The translations under genes were made by a program, and so were the position numbers. The notes under the pieces were generated by a model. That model worked only from the letters and a program-made list of their open reading frames with translations. It made no database searches and had not been told where the DNA came from. A stretch of 62,725 nt of DNA, filler included, from Nanobdellota archaeon (lineage in GTDB: Archaea > Nanobdellota > Nanobdellia > B33-G15), in NCBI GenBank assembly GCA_003660925.1. It is 3 parts of 3 records of this genome, joined end to end, with 100 filler letters (N's around TTAATTAATTAA, not from the genome) between each part and the next. Parts side by side here need not be neighbours in the genome. Positions count along the whole stretch, not along the records: positions 1 to 22,498 come from QMVD01000004.1; 2 more parts are not named here. One strand, 5' to 3'. Below are positions 8,526-18,608 of the stretch, piece after piece; the stretch's first letter is position 1, and each line of letters begins with the position of its first letter.

Positions 8526-9005
8526 ATGGGGGACCCAAAGAAGCCCAAGAAGAAGTACAAGGGGCCGAGACACCCATGGCAGAAACAGAGATTGGAGGAA
8601 GAAAGGGAGCTGAGACAATTATACGGGTACAAAAACAAGAAGGAGCTCTGGAAGATGGAATCCATCTTGAGGAGGTATAGGGCACAGGCGAGGAGGCTCA
8701 TAGGGGCCAGAACAAAAGAGGCGGAGAAGGAGAAAAAACAGCTACTGGATTCCCTCTACAGGCTTGGATTCTTGGAGAAGGATGCGAAGCTTGATGATGT
8801 CTTGAGCCTCACCATAAAGGACATCATGGAGCGAAGGCTTCAGACCATGCTGTTCAGGAAGAAGCTGGCGAATTCCATAAAGCATGCCAGGCAGTTGATA
8901 ACTCATGGTCACGTGATAGTCGGGGAAAAAGTTATAACCTCCCCGAGCTTCTTGGTCCCGAGAGCGATGGAGAATAAGATAAGGGTGAGGAAGGTTGGAG
9001 GCTAA
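8526..9005 (+). CDS. rps4: 30S ribosomal protein S4 (uS4)
   Basis: [32 protein letters not shown]. Confidence 0.97.
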   Translation: MGDPKKPKKKYKGPRHPWQKQRLEEERELRQLYGYKNKKELWKMESILRRYRAQARRLIGARTKEAEKEKKQLLDSLYRLGFLEKDAKLDDVLSLTIKDIMERRLQTMLFRKKLANSIKHARQLITHGHVIVGEKVITSPSFLVPRAMENKIRVRKVGG

Positions 9006-9396
9006 AAAGAAGGAGAGATGGGGGATAGCACACATCTACTCTAGTTATAACAATACGATCGTGCACATAACCGATATAACTGGTGCTGAGACCATTGCAA
9101 TAGCGAGTGGTGGACATGTGGTCAAGGCGGATAGGTTGGAATCAAGCCCTGCTGCTGCCATGGCGGTAGCGAAGAAGGTGGCGGAGATCGCCAAGCAAAA
9201 GGGGATAACTGGGGTGCACATAAGGGTGAGGGCACCTGGAGGTCATAACGGGCCGAAGAATCCGGGTCCGGGAGCACAAGCTGCGATAAGGGCACTTGCT
9301 AGGAGCGGTCTCAGGATAGGTTATATAGAAGATGTCACTCCCATCCCTCACGACGGATGCAGGAAGAAAGGGGGGAGGAGGGGGAGGAGGGTATGA
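8995..9396 (+). CDS. rps11: 30S ribosomal protein S11 (uS11), TTG start
   Basis: [42 protein letters not shown]. Confidence 0.97.
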   Translation: MEAKKKERWGIAHIYSSYNNTIVHITDITGAETIAIASGGHVVKADRLESSPAAAMAVAKKVAEIAKQKGITGVHIRVRAPGGHNGPKNPGPGAQAAIRALARSGLRIGYIEDVTPIPHDGCRKKGGRRGRRV

Positions 9397-10118
9397 AGCT
9401 GGAGATCCTGAGGAAGGATGGGAATGAGTTGTGGTTCCTCTTTGAGGGCTCAACACCCCAGGCCAATGCCCTGAGGAGAACTGCGATGAGTGAGGTTCCG
9501 GTCCTAGCCATAGACGAGGTAGGGGTAGTGAAGAATAGTTCGGTGATGTACGATGAGATCTTGGCTCACAGGTTGGGATTGATACCTCTGAAGACAGACC
9601 TGAAGCTGCACACCAAGAAACCTCCGGTGATAAAAGCTTCCCTGAAGAAGAAGGGTCCTGGATACGTTTACTCTGGGGACATAAAGGGAGTGGAAGTGGT
9701 CTATGAGAACATGCCAATCGTGTATTTAGAAGAAGGACAAGAAGTGATCTTAGAGCTGAAGATCAGGTTTGGGATAGGGAAGGAACACGCTAAGTTCAGC
9801 CCCTGCCTGATAACATACAAGAGATATCCAAAGATAACCATCTTGAAGCAGCCGACCAAGCCAGAAAAGGTGGCGATGGTTTGTCCTAAGGAGGTGTTCT
9901 CCGTTAAGGACAAAAAACTAACGGTGAAAGACGTGGAAAAGTGTGATCTTTGTAAGGCGTGTGAGGAGACCTTCCCAGATGTCGTGAAGGTGGATGGAAA
10001 AAAAGACAAGTTCCTGTTCTACATGGAAAGTTGGGGACAATTAGAACCAGAAGAGATCTTGAAAGAGGCGAGGAACATCCTCATCAGGAAGCTCAAGGAG
10101 TTCTCATCCTCTCTTTGA
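9393..10118 (+). CDS. rpoD: DNA-directed RNA polymerase subunit D (Rpo3) with ferredoxin-like Cys cluster
   Basis: [34 protein letters not shown]...CDLCKAC. ATGA overlap with rps11. Confidence 0.95.
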   Translation: MKLEILRKDGNELWFLFEGSTPQANALRRTAMSEVPVLAIDEVGVVKNSSVMYDEILAHRLGLIPLKTDLKLHTKKPPVIKASLKKKGPGYVYSGDIKGVEVVYENMPIVYLEEGQEVILELKIRFGIGKEHAKFSPCLITYKRYPKITILKQPTKPEKVAMVCPKEVFSVKDKKLTVKDVEKCDLCKACEETFPDVVKVDGKKDKFLFYMESWGQLEPEEILKEARNILIRKLKEFSSSL

Positions 10119-10515
10119 TCCTATCCAAGTGGAACTTTTCCTTCTTCTTGAAGTATTCGTAATACCTGTCCTCCCTGAGGAGCCTCTCTATGATCTCCTC
10201 GCTCGAGAACTTCTTGATCAGCTCAACGATCTCCTCTATCTCTTCCATGTAGAACTTCAAGTTTTTCATCTTTCTCTCCACCCATTCGCGGAACCTCTCA
10301 TCCCTTTCCCTCTTCTTCGCTGATTGGAGCTTCCCGAGGAGCCTCTTCCAGAAGTAGTAAGCCTTTTCCGCCTTCTTCCTCCTTTCCCTCAGTAATTTAA
10401 TGGTTTCTTTCACGAACTTCCCGTGCAACTTCTCGAACTCCTTCTCTAGAAACTCGAGGACTTTCCCCTCCTCTTCTTCTACCTTCTTCGTGAATTTCTC
10501 GAGTTCCTTCTCCAT
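10093..10515 (-). CDS. Hypothetical charged alpha-helical protein
   Basis: 140 aa E/K/R-rich ORF directly downstream of guaB on the same strand. Confidence 0.6.
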   Translation of the reverse strand: MEKELEKFTKKVEEEEGKVLEFLEKEFEKLHGKFVKETIKLLRERRKKAEKAYYFWKRLLGKLQSAKKRERDERFREWVERKMKNLKFYMEEIEEIVELIKKFSSEEIIERLLREDRYYEYFKKKEKFHLDRIKERMRTP

Positions 10516-10521
10516 TAGTTC

Positions 10522-11601
10522 TTACTTGAAGCTCTCATTTAAGTAAGTTATCCCCGCCCGTCCCTTTATCAGCAAGTTCCTAGGCCTGTTTTCGTTCCCT
10601 CCCAGTGCAGTGACTCTCACGAATTTCCCCTTTTCCTTGAGCTCCTTGAGGTTCCTCGCTCCCACATATCCCATTCCTGATTTCACACCACCTATAAGGT
10701 CCCTTATCACCCTTTCCACGCTTCCCTTGTAAGGGACCCACCCTGAGACCCCTTCCGGAACGAGCTTCGAGTACCTATCAAGTTCTCTAATGACCTCCTC
10801 GCTTCCCATCCCCCTGTACTTCTTGAACTTTTCCCCTCTTATCTCAACCACTTCCCCAGGTGCCTCATCCGTCCCAGCGAACAGGTTTCCTATCATGACG
10901 CAGTCCGCCCCAGCCACTACCGCCTTCACTATGTCCCCAGAGCACTTTATCCCTCCATCAGCGATCACTGGGACCTCATATTCGCTCGCCACGTCCGCCA
11001 CGGAGGCGATGGCGTAAAGTTGAGGGACACCAACCCCACTCACCTTCCTCGTGAGGCAGGCAGAACCTGGGCCTATCCCAACTCTCAATCCATCCGCCCC
11101 CTTTTCTATCAGGGCCTCTGCTGCCTCAGGGGTTGCTATGTTACCTGCCACGATATCAACATCACACATCCGCTTGTACCTCACCAAGCTCTCCAACACG
11201 TCTTTTGAGTGGGCATGTGCTGTATCGATAACGATGACGTCCACTCCTGCGTCCACCAATGCTTCTATTCTCTTGTAATCGAAAACACCGACTGCTCCCC
11301 CCACTTTCAAGCCCTTCTCCTTCACCCTCCTCACCTCCTCTACTTGTCCCTCCACGTCTTTTTTCCTGTGAATAATTCCAATCCCCCCATATTTCCCTAA
11401 GGCGATTGCCATTTCGGACTCCGTCACGGTGTCCATAGGAGAACTCACCAACAAGACCTCTAGGCCCACGCGTCGACTCACTTTGGTGGAGAGGTCTGCT
11501 TCAGGAGGATGGACCTCGGAGTAACACGGTACAACTAAGACATCATCGAAGGTGAGGCCAAGTTCAGCTTCTTCCAGTTTTTTGGAGAATCTCCCTCCCA
11601 T
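10522..11601 (-). CDS. guaB: IMP dehydrogenase / GuaB family, lacking the CBS subdomain
   Basis: [35 protein letters not shown] (catalytic Cys), IADGG, YRGMGS, PEGV. Only 359 aa. Confidence 0.9.
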   Translation of the reverse strand: MGGRFSKKLEEAELGLTFDDVLVVPCYSEVHPPEADLSTKVSRRVGLEVLLVSSPMDTVTESEMAIALGKYGGIGIIHRKKDVEGQVEEVRRVKEKGLKVGGAVGVFDYKRIEALVDAGVDVIVIDTAHAHSKDVLESLVRYKRMCDVDIVAGNIATPEAAEALIEKGADGLRVGIGPGSACLTRKVSGVGVPQLYAIASVADVASEYEVPVIADGGIKCSGDIVKAVVAGADCVMIGNLFAGTDEAPGEVVEIRGEKFKKYRGMGSEEVIRELDRYSKLVPEGVSGWVPYKGSVERVIRDLIGGVKSGMGYVGARNLKELKEKGKFVRVTALGGNENRPRNLLIKGRAGITYLNESFK

Positions 11602-11623
11602 AGAAACATAAGGGCTTTGTCTT

Positions 11624-12211
11624 TTAATTTTTTCGCCTAGAGGATAATGCTTTCTTATACAGCTGCTTATATTCTGACCTCAGCATGCTGAACCTCAACT
11701 CATTATGCCATTTACCATACTTGAACCTGCATTCCCTCATGACCCCTTCCAATTTGAACCCGGCTTTTTCCAACACCCTCCTCGAGGCAATGTTCTCCTC
11801 AAATAACGTAGCATAAACCATGTGGAGTTTTAACCGCTCGAACGCGAATTTCAACATCAGCTTAACCGCCTCCGTGGTTAAGCCTCTGCCCCAATATTTC
11901 TTCCCTAACCAGTAACCGAGCTCTGCGTTCTTGTTCTTCCAATCGACGCGGATCAGGTCAACTACACCTATGACCCTGCCCGTTTCCTTCAAGACGATCC
12001 CAAAGGCGTAACCGGATCTCTTCTTCATCTTATAACGGGCCTTCCTCACAAACTTCATCGCGTCCCGTTTTCTATAGGGCCAGGGGATGTTCAGGGTCCA
12101 CTTAACCATGTCCTTATCTCGCAAATTCTCATAGATATCACTCGCATCAGAGGGCATTAGCTTCCTTAAGACGATCCTTTCCCCCTCCATCTCAAGTTTG
12201 GACCTCACCAC
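11624..12211 (-). CDS. GNAT N-acetyltransferase, RimJ/RimL family
   Basis: ERIVLR, AELGYWLGKKYWGRG, NIASRRVLEKAGFKLEG. Confidence 0.92.
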   Translation of the reverse strand: MVRSKLEMEGERIVLRKLMPSDASDIYENLRDKDMVKWTLNIPWPYRKRDAMKFVRKARYKMKKRSGYAFGIVLKETGRVIGVVDLIRVDWKNKNAELGYWLGKKYWGRGLTTEAVKLMLKFAFERLKLHMVYATLFEENIASRRVLEKAGFKLEGVMRECRFKYGKWHNELRFSMLRSEYKQLYKKALSSRRKN

Positions 12212-12291
12212 GACGAGAACAAATCAACTCCCACATTTATTTCTTACGACAAACCTAAGTTTTATATACTAATAATAAAGTAGTAAACTCT

Positions 12292-13224
12292 ATGAGAGAT
12301 GTCAAGAAATTGTTCGTTTTAACTGCCATGTTCGTTGTCTTGGGTTGTGTACAGAAACCACCGACTCCAATGGGATTTGGATTAGTGATTCAGAATTTCA
12401 CAACCGACTTCACCCAAGTCTACCCCGGAGATAGGTTCACCCTCACTTTGACCGTGGTGAACCAAGGGGAGAAAACAGCGGAAAAGATATTCGCAAAACT
12501 TCAATACCCTAGCACTTTGACAGGAGACCTAGGACAGAAAACCTTGGCAAACTTGGAGCCCGGCGACGAGGATTACATAGAATGGAGTGCGAACGTCCCT
12601 GAGACCGCAACTCCAGGAGAGATCTACAGGCCCCTAGCCACGCTCTGTTATAAATATGAAACAGAAGGGTACAACGACATGTTTTTGGCGGATAGAAGGT
12701 GGAGTGGCACTCTGCCGACTTTGGAGACGAGGTCAACGAGCGGTCCGATAAGGATATCCTTTGACGTGAGCTCTCCCATAAGGGGAGACAGGATAGCCTC
12801 GCTTAAGGTGACCCTGGCCTTCTTAGCAGATGGTTTCATAGCAAATGAGACCACGAACTTGCAAGTGGGGACAAAGGACTACGTGAAATCCTTGAAGCTA
12901 ACCATACCTAGGGTTTATCAGGACCCAACATCCAAGAAGTGGTTGATAACCATAGACGATGAGGATGACACTAAATCAGGCATTCAATCCGTGGACTTCA
13001 CGTGCACCGAGAGTTCTGACTACAGCACGTATGAATGCACGGCAGAGCCTAATTCCTTGAGGTTGATAAATAACGAGCTCACAGCGAGGCTCTACTTAAA
13101 CGTGAGCAGCACCAGGGTGGGGCTAACGGGGAGCTATGAGTACATAGCTAGGGTTTATGCAACCGCAGAATATCAGCATTGTCTACAGGCGGAGAGCGCT
13201 CCGATTCTAGTGCTCAGGGAGTAA
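12292..13224 (+). CDS. Predicted lipoprotein with CARDB/Ig-like domain
   Basis: Signal peptide with lipobox VLGC. VYPGDRFTLTLTVVNQGE Ig-like pattern. Thr/Ser-rich, with Cys pairs. Confidence 0.7.
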   Translation: MRDVKKLFVLTAMFVVLGCVQKPPTPMGFGLVIQNFTTDFTQVYPGDRFTLTLTVVNQGEKTAEKIFAKLQYPSTLTGDLGQKTLANLEPGDEDYIEWSANVPETATPGEIYRPLATLCYKYETEGYNDMFLADRRWSGTLPTLETRSTSGPIRISFDVSSPIRGDRIASLKVTLAFLADGFIANETTNLQVGTKDYVKSLKLTIPRVYQDPTSKKWLITIDDEDDTKSGIQSVDFTCTESSDYSTYECTAEPNSLRLINNELTARLYLNVSSTRVGLTGSYEYIARVYATAEYQHCLQAESAPILVLRE

Positions 13225-13256
13225 AGGTTTAATTCTTTCCCTTTCTATTCTTCACT

Positions 13257-13396
13257 GCGGGGGTGCCCGAGCCAGGTCAAAGTGGGAACGGTCGCGGGAG
13301 AGGGTGAGAACCCGCTGGCGGTTCTCACGGTCAAAGGGGCAGGGCTTAGGACCCTGTGCCTTAGTGGCTGCGTGGGTTCAAATCCCACCCCCCGCA
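13257..13396 (+). tRNA. tRNA-Leu (TAG) with 54-nt D-loop intron (13281-13334)
   Basis: Acceptor GCGGGGG/CCCCCGC, anticodon CAGGG-CT-TAG-GA-CCCTG, variable arm, TTCAAAT T-loop. Intron bounded by a BHB motif. Confidence 0.92.
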
Positions 13397-13439
13397 TCAA
13401 GAAGAAAGTTTAAAAATAGTCCCCTGTTTTAGCCATCCC

Positions 13440-13802
13440 ATGAAAAAAGTAAGGAAGACCAATCCAGAGCTCCTGAGGCTCATAGAGAAGGCAAAGGAGC
13501 TAGCCATAAAGAATGAATCTAAGTTTTGGAAGAGGGTGGCCAAAGAGCTCATGAAGCCCAATCGAAGGAGGAGAGTTGTGAACTTGGGGAAGGTGAATAG
13601 GTATACGAAGAAAGGAGAAGTGGTCTTAGTGTTGGGGAAACTCCTCTCCATGGGAGAGCTCAAACACCCTTTGACCATTTCCGCCTTTTCCTGCAGCGAA
13701 GCGGCGAGAGAAAAGTTAAAGAAAGCCAAGGCGAAGTATGTGGAGTTGGAGAAATTCATGAAACTTTATCCTGAGGGGAAGGGGGTGAAGTTGCTTGGTT
13801 GA
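13440..13802 (+). CDS. rpl18e: 50S ribosomal protein L18e (eL18)
   Basis: KTNPEL, FWKRVAKEL.KP.RRRRVVNL, GKLLSMG. Confidence 0.95.
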   Translation: MKKVRKTNPELLRLIEKAKELAIKNESKFWKRVAKELMKPNRRRRVVNLGKVNRYTKKGEVVLVLGKLLSMGELKHPLTISAFSCSEAAREKLKKAKAKYVELEKFMKLYPEGKGVKLLG

Positions 13803-14214
13803 GATCATAGATGCCACCAACACCGTAGCTGGGAGGTTGGCGTCTTGGGTGGCAAAGCGTGCTTTGGAAGGGAAGCAGGTCGTGATAGTGAATGCTGAGA
13901 AGGCGATCGTCACGGGGAACAAGGAATATATCCTAGAGTTCTTCAGACAGAGGAGAGAGAGGGGAGAACCCTTCCATGGTCCCTTTTACCCGAAAAGAGC
14001 GGACAGGATCCTGAGGAGGATGATAAGAGGCATGCTTCCCTATAAGAAAGAAAGGGGTAGAAAAGCCTTGGGGAGGGTGAAAGTCTATATAGGGGAGCCC
14101 GAACAATTCAAGGGGAAGGGAAGGAGGTTAGAGGGGTTCGGGATCGAGAAACTCAAGGTTAATAAATACATGACGCTTGGAGAGATATCGAAGCACTTGG
14201 GTGGTAAGATATGA
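13795..14214 (+). CDS. rpl13: 50S ribosomal protein L13 (uL13)
   Basis: IIDA...[28 protein letters not shown]. Confidence 0.96.
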   Translation: MVEIIDATNTVAGRLASWVAKRALEGKQVVIVNAEKAIVTGNKEYILEFFRQRRERGEPFHGPFYPKRADRILRRMIRGMLPYKKERGRKALGRVKVYIGEPEQFKGKGRRLEGFGIEKLKVNKYMTLGEISKHLGGKI

Positions 14215-14597
14215 TACACGTGGTTGGGAAGAGGAAAACCGCGATCGCTAGAGCTACCTTGAGAGAAGGGAAGGGAAGGATAAGGATCAACAAGAAATCA
14301 TTAGATGTCATAGAACCCGAATACGCGAGGTTGAGGATCATGGAGCCCCTCATGCTCGCAGGAGATGCTTGGAAAAATGTGGACATAGATGTGAACGTAA
14401 AGGGAGGAGGGGTGTTTGCTCAGGCAGAAGCTGTAAGGCTCGCCATCGCCAAAGCCTTGGCCTCTTGGAAGAAGGAGTTAAAGAAGGTCTTCCTAGAGTA
14501 CGATAGGGGCCTCTTGGTGGCGGATGTCAGGAGGACTGAACCCCAAAAACCCTACAGGAGCGCTGCCAGGAGGTCAAGACAAACTAGTAAGAGGTGA
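14211..14597 (+). CDS. rps9: 30S ribosomal protein S9 (uS9)
   Basis: [34 protein letters not shown]-terminus. Confidence 0.96.
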   Translation: MIHVVGKRKTAIARATLREGKGRIRINKKSLDVIEPEYARLRIMEPLMLAGDAWKNVDIDVNVKGGGVFAQAEAVRLAIAKALASWKKELKKVFLEYDRGLLVADVRRTEPQKPYRSAARRSRQTSKR

Positions 14598-14601
14598 TGA
14601 A

Positions 14602-14799
14602 ATGATAATCCCCATAAGGTGTTTCTCGTGTGGAAAACCCATAGCCCACTTGTGGGAGGAATACAAGGAAAGGGTAAAGAAGGGAGAAGAACCAAAGAAA
14701 GTCCTGGACGAATTAGGACTTAAGAGGTATTGTTGCAGGGCCATGTTCTTAGGTCAGGTGGACCTCATAGAGGAGGTCTCTAAGTACAAGAAGTTCTAG
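14602..14799 (+). CDS. rpoN: DNA-directed RNA polymerase subunit N (Rpo10)
   Basis: MIIPIRCFSCGK...RYCCR. GAGGTGA RBS upstream. Confidence 0.96.
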   Translation: MIIPIRCFSCGKPIAHLWEEYKERVKKGEEPKKVLDELGLKRYCCRAMFLGQVDLIEEVSKYKKF

Positions 14800-14802
14800 C
14801 CC

Positions 14803-15450
14803 ATGAGGATTTACTTCCTCGGAGGAGGAGACGTGAAGAAGAGGAAGTGTAAAGGAATATATGAGAGGGCTTTCCGGGAAGTCTGTAAAAGGCCGAAGGT
14901 CCTCATGCTTCCCTGGACCACTACATCCGAGGAAAAGAGGGAGAGGTACAAGAAGATCATCAAGGAATATTTTGAGGACTTGGGGGCAGAAGTGAAATTC
15001 GCTGAAGCGTCCGAGCCGATTGAGGAGATTAGGAGGAAGGTAAGTGCGTCTGATGTCATTTATCTTCCGGGGGGTGAGCCCGACGTATTTATGAACTATG
15101 CCCGAGGCAAGAGACTAGGCAAACTCTTGAAGAGGTTTCAAGGAGTAATCATAGGAAATTCGGCGGGAGCCCTCGTCCTCTGTAAGGAATGTCTGATCAC
15201 GAGGGACGAGGAATACTCGGAGACTATGGTGATCCCAGGATTAGGTGTCGTAGACTTCTGCGTGGAGGTGCATTACGACCCCTCCAAGGACGAGGAGCTG
15301 AAGGAGCTCTCAAGAGACAGGAAGATCTACGCGATTCCCGAGAGATGCGCCCTCATCTTTGACGGTCAGGAGTTCGAGACCATAGGCACCATATACCTGT
15401 TCTACAAGGGGAAGAAGCACACATCTTCGGGCCAGCGAAATGATTTTTAA
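14803..15450 (+). CDS. Peptidase E / S51 family (class I glutamine amidotransferase-like)
   Basis: FLGGG, DVIYLPGG, nucleophile elbow GNSAGA, VEVHY. Confidence 0.85.
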   Translation: MRIYFLGGGDVKKRKCKGIYERAFREVCKRPKVLMLPWTTTSEEKRERYKKIIKEYFEDLGAEVKFAEASEPIEEIRRKVSASDVIYLPGGEPDVFMNYARGKRLGKLLKRFQGVIIGNSAGALVLCKECLITRDEEYSETMVIPGLGVVDFCVEVHYDPSKDEELKELSRDRKIYAIPERCALIFDGQEFETIGTIYLFYKGKKHTSSGQRNDF

Positions 15451-15475
15451 ACCCGAAAAGAAATCCTACTCCATC

Positions 15476-15549
15476 GGGGCCGTAGTCTAGCTTGGTCAGG
15501 ACCCGAGGTTTGGGACCTCGTGACCCCGGTTCAAATCCGGGCGGCCCCA
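15476..15549 (+). tRNA. tRNA-Pro (TGG)
   Basis: GGGGCCG/CGGCCCC acceptor, CGAGG-TT-TGG-GA-CCTCG anticodon arm, GGTTCAAATCC T-loop. Confidence 0.96.
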
Positions 15550-17481
15550 TCACAGATTGAACTTCATCTCGAGAAGTGGGAGGAAAAGGAGAGAGTGATT
15601 AAAGAGAAGGGCGGAGACCAACTCGTTCATGAAGAAGGCTGGCGGGAAGACCACTATTGAGCTGAAGACCACGCTCTCCAAGAGAGATAACCCCTTCCTC
15701 CTAGCCGCATTGGACACCGTCAGGAAGGAAAGGAAGAAGCCCCCATACCAGAAGATGGAGAAGGTGGGAGAAACTAACTGATAGGGTATAGGAAGGAGTA
15801 ACAACAGCCAGATGTAAATCATCGTGCTCACCGAGATGGGAAAGAGCACTTGGGATGGGGACAAGTCACCTCTCATCCCAAGGTGCTTTGCACCTAATCT
15901 TATCAATCTCCTCACGAGGCCGCCCCTTCCCTTTAATCCTAAGAGGCTGAAAGAGAGTAGGAAAGGAAAGAGGAAAAAGAGGAGGAAGGGGAAGGTGAAG
16001 TTCCAGAACAAAAAGCGATTTTGGGGCATGGTGGGCGAGTCTAAATAAAGTTTGGCTACTTGGGAAAGTAAGAGAGAGCAGATGAGCAGGCCCAAACCTA
16101 GGCTCGAGAGGGAAACCTTCCTCTTTCTCGGCCTAAAGGCGAGACCAAGTATGAGGACGGAAAGGGAAGAGAGGCCAAGGGGAAGGGAAGTTTTCCTCTT
16201 CCTCCACTCTGCAAGATATGGCTTTACGGAAGGGACCTCCTCACTCTCATCATAGATGGAGAGGACCTTTCCATCGAGATCAAGAGGGGCAGGATACCCC
16301 GTCAGGTTAGAAATGGTAGGTACAACGTCCAGAAGAGAGGCATTTAGGTGGAAGACTCCTTCCTTCACATGAGGGCCAAAGAAGACCAAGGGGATGAAGG
16401 TCTCTGCCAGCCCTCCATGGGTTCCTGGCTTCCCATAACTGAAAACAAGGGGGCCGACGTAAACGGGAGCCCTGTAAGGAGGCCTCAAGGAGACGAAGAT
16501 GTCCCCAGAATACGGTGTATTCAAGCCTATCTCCTTAAGCTCATCCCCAACCCATATGCCATCAAACATCCCGGACTCTTCAAGGGCCTCCACAGCCTCC
16601 TCAAGTTGACCTCTATCGCGGAGGTATATGTGGGCCATGCTCCCATCTGTGTAAAAGGTTGCTTTTATCCCTCTCTCTTCCAAGACCCTCCTCAAGGGAG
16701 CATCCTTCCACCGGTTGGTTTGACCGTGATCGGCAATTAGGACTATAAGAGTAGTGTTGAGCTTACTTGATTCCACTAGATATTCGAGCAAGCGTCCGAT
16801 TTGTTGGTCCGCCCAGGAGAGTTGAGAGAGGGCCTCTGTAGAGGAAAAGCCATGATAATGTTGGATCTGGTCGAGGAACCCGAAGTGGATCAGCATGGCA
16901 TCTGGATCCACTTCTTTCAAGATCTTGAGCGCGTTGTCCGCGACCCACGAATCTGGGGCATCATGTATCCCAAATTCCGGGAACTCGCTTATCCCCAACC
17001 TCCTCGCCCCCTCATTAACGCAAGATGGACCCACTTGTATGTCCGCCCAGATGGTACAACCTACGAAGTCCTTCCCTGCCACGACCGCAGTCGTGTAATT
17101 GGGATCCTCTTTCTCCATGGCCTTGAAGAGCGTATCTGATTTTATCAGTTCGGGATGCCTCCAAGGCCTCAAGTACGTCCCGTTTTCCTTGAAGAAGATG
17201 TGATTTCCCGGGAAGCCGAACTTATTCGGGAGGTAGCCAGAGATCATGCTGAGATGATTGACTTGAGTGAGCGAAGGAAGGACACCTCTAGCATTCGGGA
17301 AAGAGGCGCCATTTCTCACCAACTGCCCCATGTTGGGTGTGTATGTGAAGTTGGGGTTCAGCTGAGGATTGAAGAGGTAGTCACTGTTCATCGAGTCCAC
17401 GGAGATTATGATCACTCTCTCTATCCTCCCAAAGGAGGGCGTGAGGCAGAACAACAGGAGGAAAATCCATATAGCTCTCAT
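15550..17481 (-). CDS. Alkaline phosphatase superfamily (nucleotide pyrophosphatase/phosphodiesterase) with C-terminal membrane domain
   Basis: Signal peptide, ISVDS, PSLTQVNH (Thr nucleophile), DQIQH, ADHG, THGG, followed by several TM helices. Confidence 0.85.
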   Translation of the reverse strand: MRAIWIFLLLFCLTPSFGRIERVIIISVDSMNSDYLFNPQLNPNFTYTPNMGQLVRNGASFPNARGVLPSLTQVNHLSMISGYLPNKFGFPGNHIFFKENGTYLRPWRHPELIKSDTLFKAMEKEDPNYTTAVVAGKDFVGCTIWADIQVGPSCVNEGARRLGISEFPEFGIHDAPDSWVADNALKILKEVDPDAMLIHFGFLDQIQHYHGFSSTEALSQLSWADQQIGRLLEYLVESSKLNTTLIVLIADHGQTNRWKDAPLRRVLEERGIKATFYTDGSMAHIYLRDRGQLEEAVEALEESGMFDGIWVGDELKEIGLNTPYSGDIFVSLRPPYRAPVYVGPLVFSYGKPGTHGGLAETFIPLVFFGPHVKEGVFHLNASLLDVVPTISNLTGYPAPLDLDGKVLSIYDESEEVPSVKPYLAEWRKRKTSLPLGLSSLSVLILGLAFRPRKRKVSLSSLGLGLLICSLLLSQVAKLYLDSPTMPQNRFLFWNFTFPFLLFFLFPFLLSFSLLGLKGRGGLVRRLIRLGAKHLGMRGDLSPSQVLFPISVSTMIYIWLLLLLPIPYQLVSPTFSIFWYGGFFLSFLTVSNAARRKGLSLLESVVFSSIVVFPPAFFMNELVSALLFNHSLLFLPLLEMKFNL

Positions 17482-17520
17482 CTTCTTCTCCTTCGGTGGA
17501 GGGAAGTTATAAATTTATCC

Positions 17521-17973
17521 CTAATTCGTCAAGCGTTCCTCTAACCTTTCTATAATCCAAAGAGAGATGTCGCGGATGGAGTTGTAGTCTCCCTTGTACA
17601 CCCCTTTCTTCTTCACGATCCACACGTTCTTGCCCCTTGTTATGTACCCCCAATCCCCGGTCCCTTCCAGACCTCTCGAGACGACTTCATGAACCAATCC
17701 CAGTGGAAGGTGCAGTTTATCGCTCAAGTAATCAGATACATAAAGCCATACCATCTTGAAGTTGCCCATCTCCCTGAAACCCATTTGGAGCACTTGAGAG
17801 AGAGCTCCTCTCCGTAGAGGAGAATTCAGGACCTTCATGACATATGCATAAAATCTCCTTATCGCCCTCTCTTTCTCGTTGCTCATCATCTCGAACTCTC
17901 TTGAGATCTTTTCCTCTAGCTCTGAAGAGATCTCCCTCAAGTTCTCCCCTATCCTCTTCAACAAAGAGTCCAT
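17521..17973 (-). CDS. Hypothetical protein
   Basis: 150 aa ATG-started ORF, divergent from rpl37ae. Confidence 0.6.
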   Translation of the reverse strand: MDSLLKRIGENLREISSELEEKISREFEMMSNEKERAIRRFYAYVMKVLNSPLRRGALSQVLQMGFREMGNFKMVWLYVSDYLSDKLHLPLGLVHEVVSRGLEGTGDWGYITRGKNVWIVKKKGVYKGDYNSIRDISLWIIERLEERLTN

Positions 17974-18021
17974 GTTTTACACGAGCAAATCTTTTTAAAT
18001 AAACTTCCCCTTGAGAATGGC

Positions 18022-18237
18022 ATGGGTAGGACTAAGAAAGTGAAGAGCGCTGGAAGATATGGGGTGAGGTATGGGTTAAAGTTAAGAAAGAAGTTGTTAG
18101 AGGTGGAGAAGGAACAAAAGAAGAAGCACATATGCCCAAATTGTAAGAAGCCCGGCCTGAAGAGGTTGGCCGCTGGCATATGGTATTGCAAAAAGTGTGG
18201 GGCCAAGTTCGCCGGGAAGGCGTATGTTCCTGGGTGA
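18022..18237 (+). CDS. rpl37ae: 50S ribosomal protein L37Ae (eL43)
   Basis: RTKKV.SAGRYGVRYG, CPNC...GIWYCKKC...FAG.AY.P. Confidence 0.96.
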   Translation: MGRTKKVKSAGRYGVRYGLKLRKKLLEVEKEQKKKHICPNCKKPGLKRLAAGIWYCKKCGAKFAGKAYVPG

Positions 18238-18383
18238 TGAAAGTGGTTGAGTTCATATGCATGACTTGCGGGAAGACCATAAAGAAGGATGAAATGGGAA
18301 GGAGGACTAGGTGTCCCTATTGCGGGGGAAAGATCATCCTCAAGAAGAGACCAAAAATAGTAAAAACTGTAAAAGCGATTTAA
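18237..18383 (+). CDS. rpoP: DNA-directed RNA polymerase subunit P (Rpo12)
   Basis: CMTCGK...RCPYCGGKIILKKRP. Conserved position after L37Ae. Confidence 0.93.
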   Translation: MKVVEFICMTCGKTIKKDEMGRRTRCPYCGGKIILKKRPKIVKTVKAI

Positions 18384-18389
18384 GAAGAC

Positions 18390-18608
18390 ATGGAAGTAGT
18401 CATCGATTACCCGAGCAAGAAGGCGAAGGAACTGAGGAAAATTTTGGAATTGGAAAGGATGAAGAGGGAGAGGAGCGAAGTGAGGCTCAGGAGTTCGAGA
18501 GGAAAGTTGAGGATAAGGATAACTGCCAAGGACCCGAGCGCTGCTAGGGCGGTGGCGAACACCTACCTAAAACTGCTGAACGTCTTGGAAAAGGTGGACT
18601 CCATATGA
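18390..18608 (+). CDS. pcc1: KEOPS complex subunit Pcc1
   Basis: RS.V......LRIRITAKDPSAARAVANTYLKL. Syntenic with rpoP and prefoldin. Confidence 0.85.
   Translation: MEVVIDYPSKKAKELRKILELERMKRERSEVRLRSSRGKLRIRITAKDPSAARAVANTYLKLLNVLEKVDSI

Noticed and set aside
10522..11601. IMPDH lacking CBS domains as a novelty
   Set aside because: CBS-less GuaB variants are known, and the catalytic motifs are ordinary.
13275..13336. GGTCAAAG direct repeat in tRNA-Leu as an att site or target-site duplication of a mobile element
   Set aside because: It is fully explained by the BHB splice motif, and no integrase or transposase is nearby.
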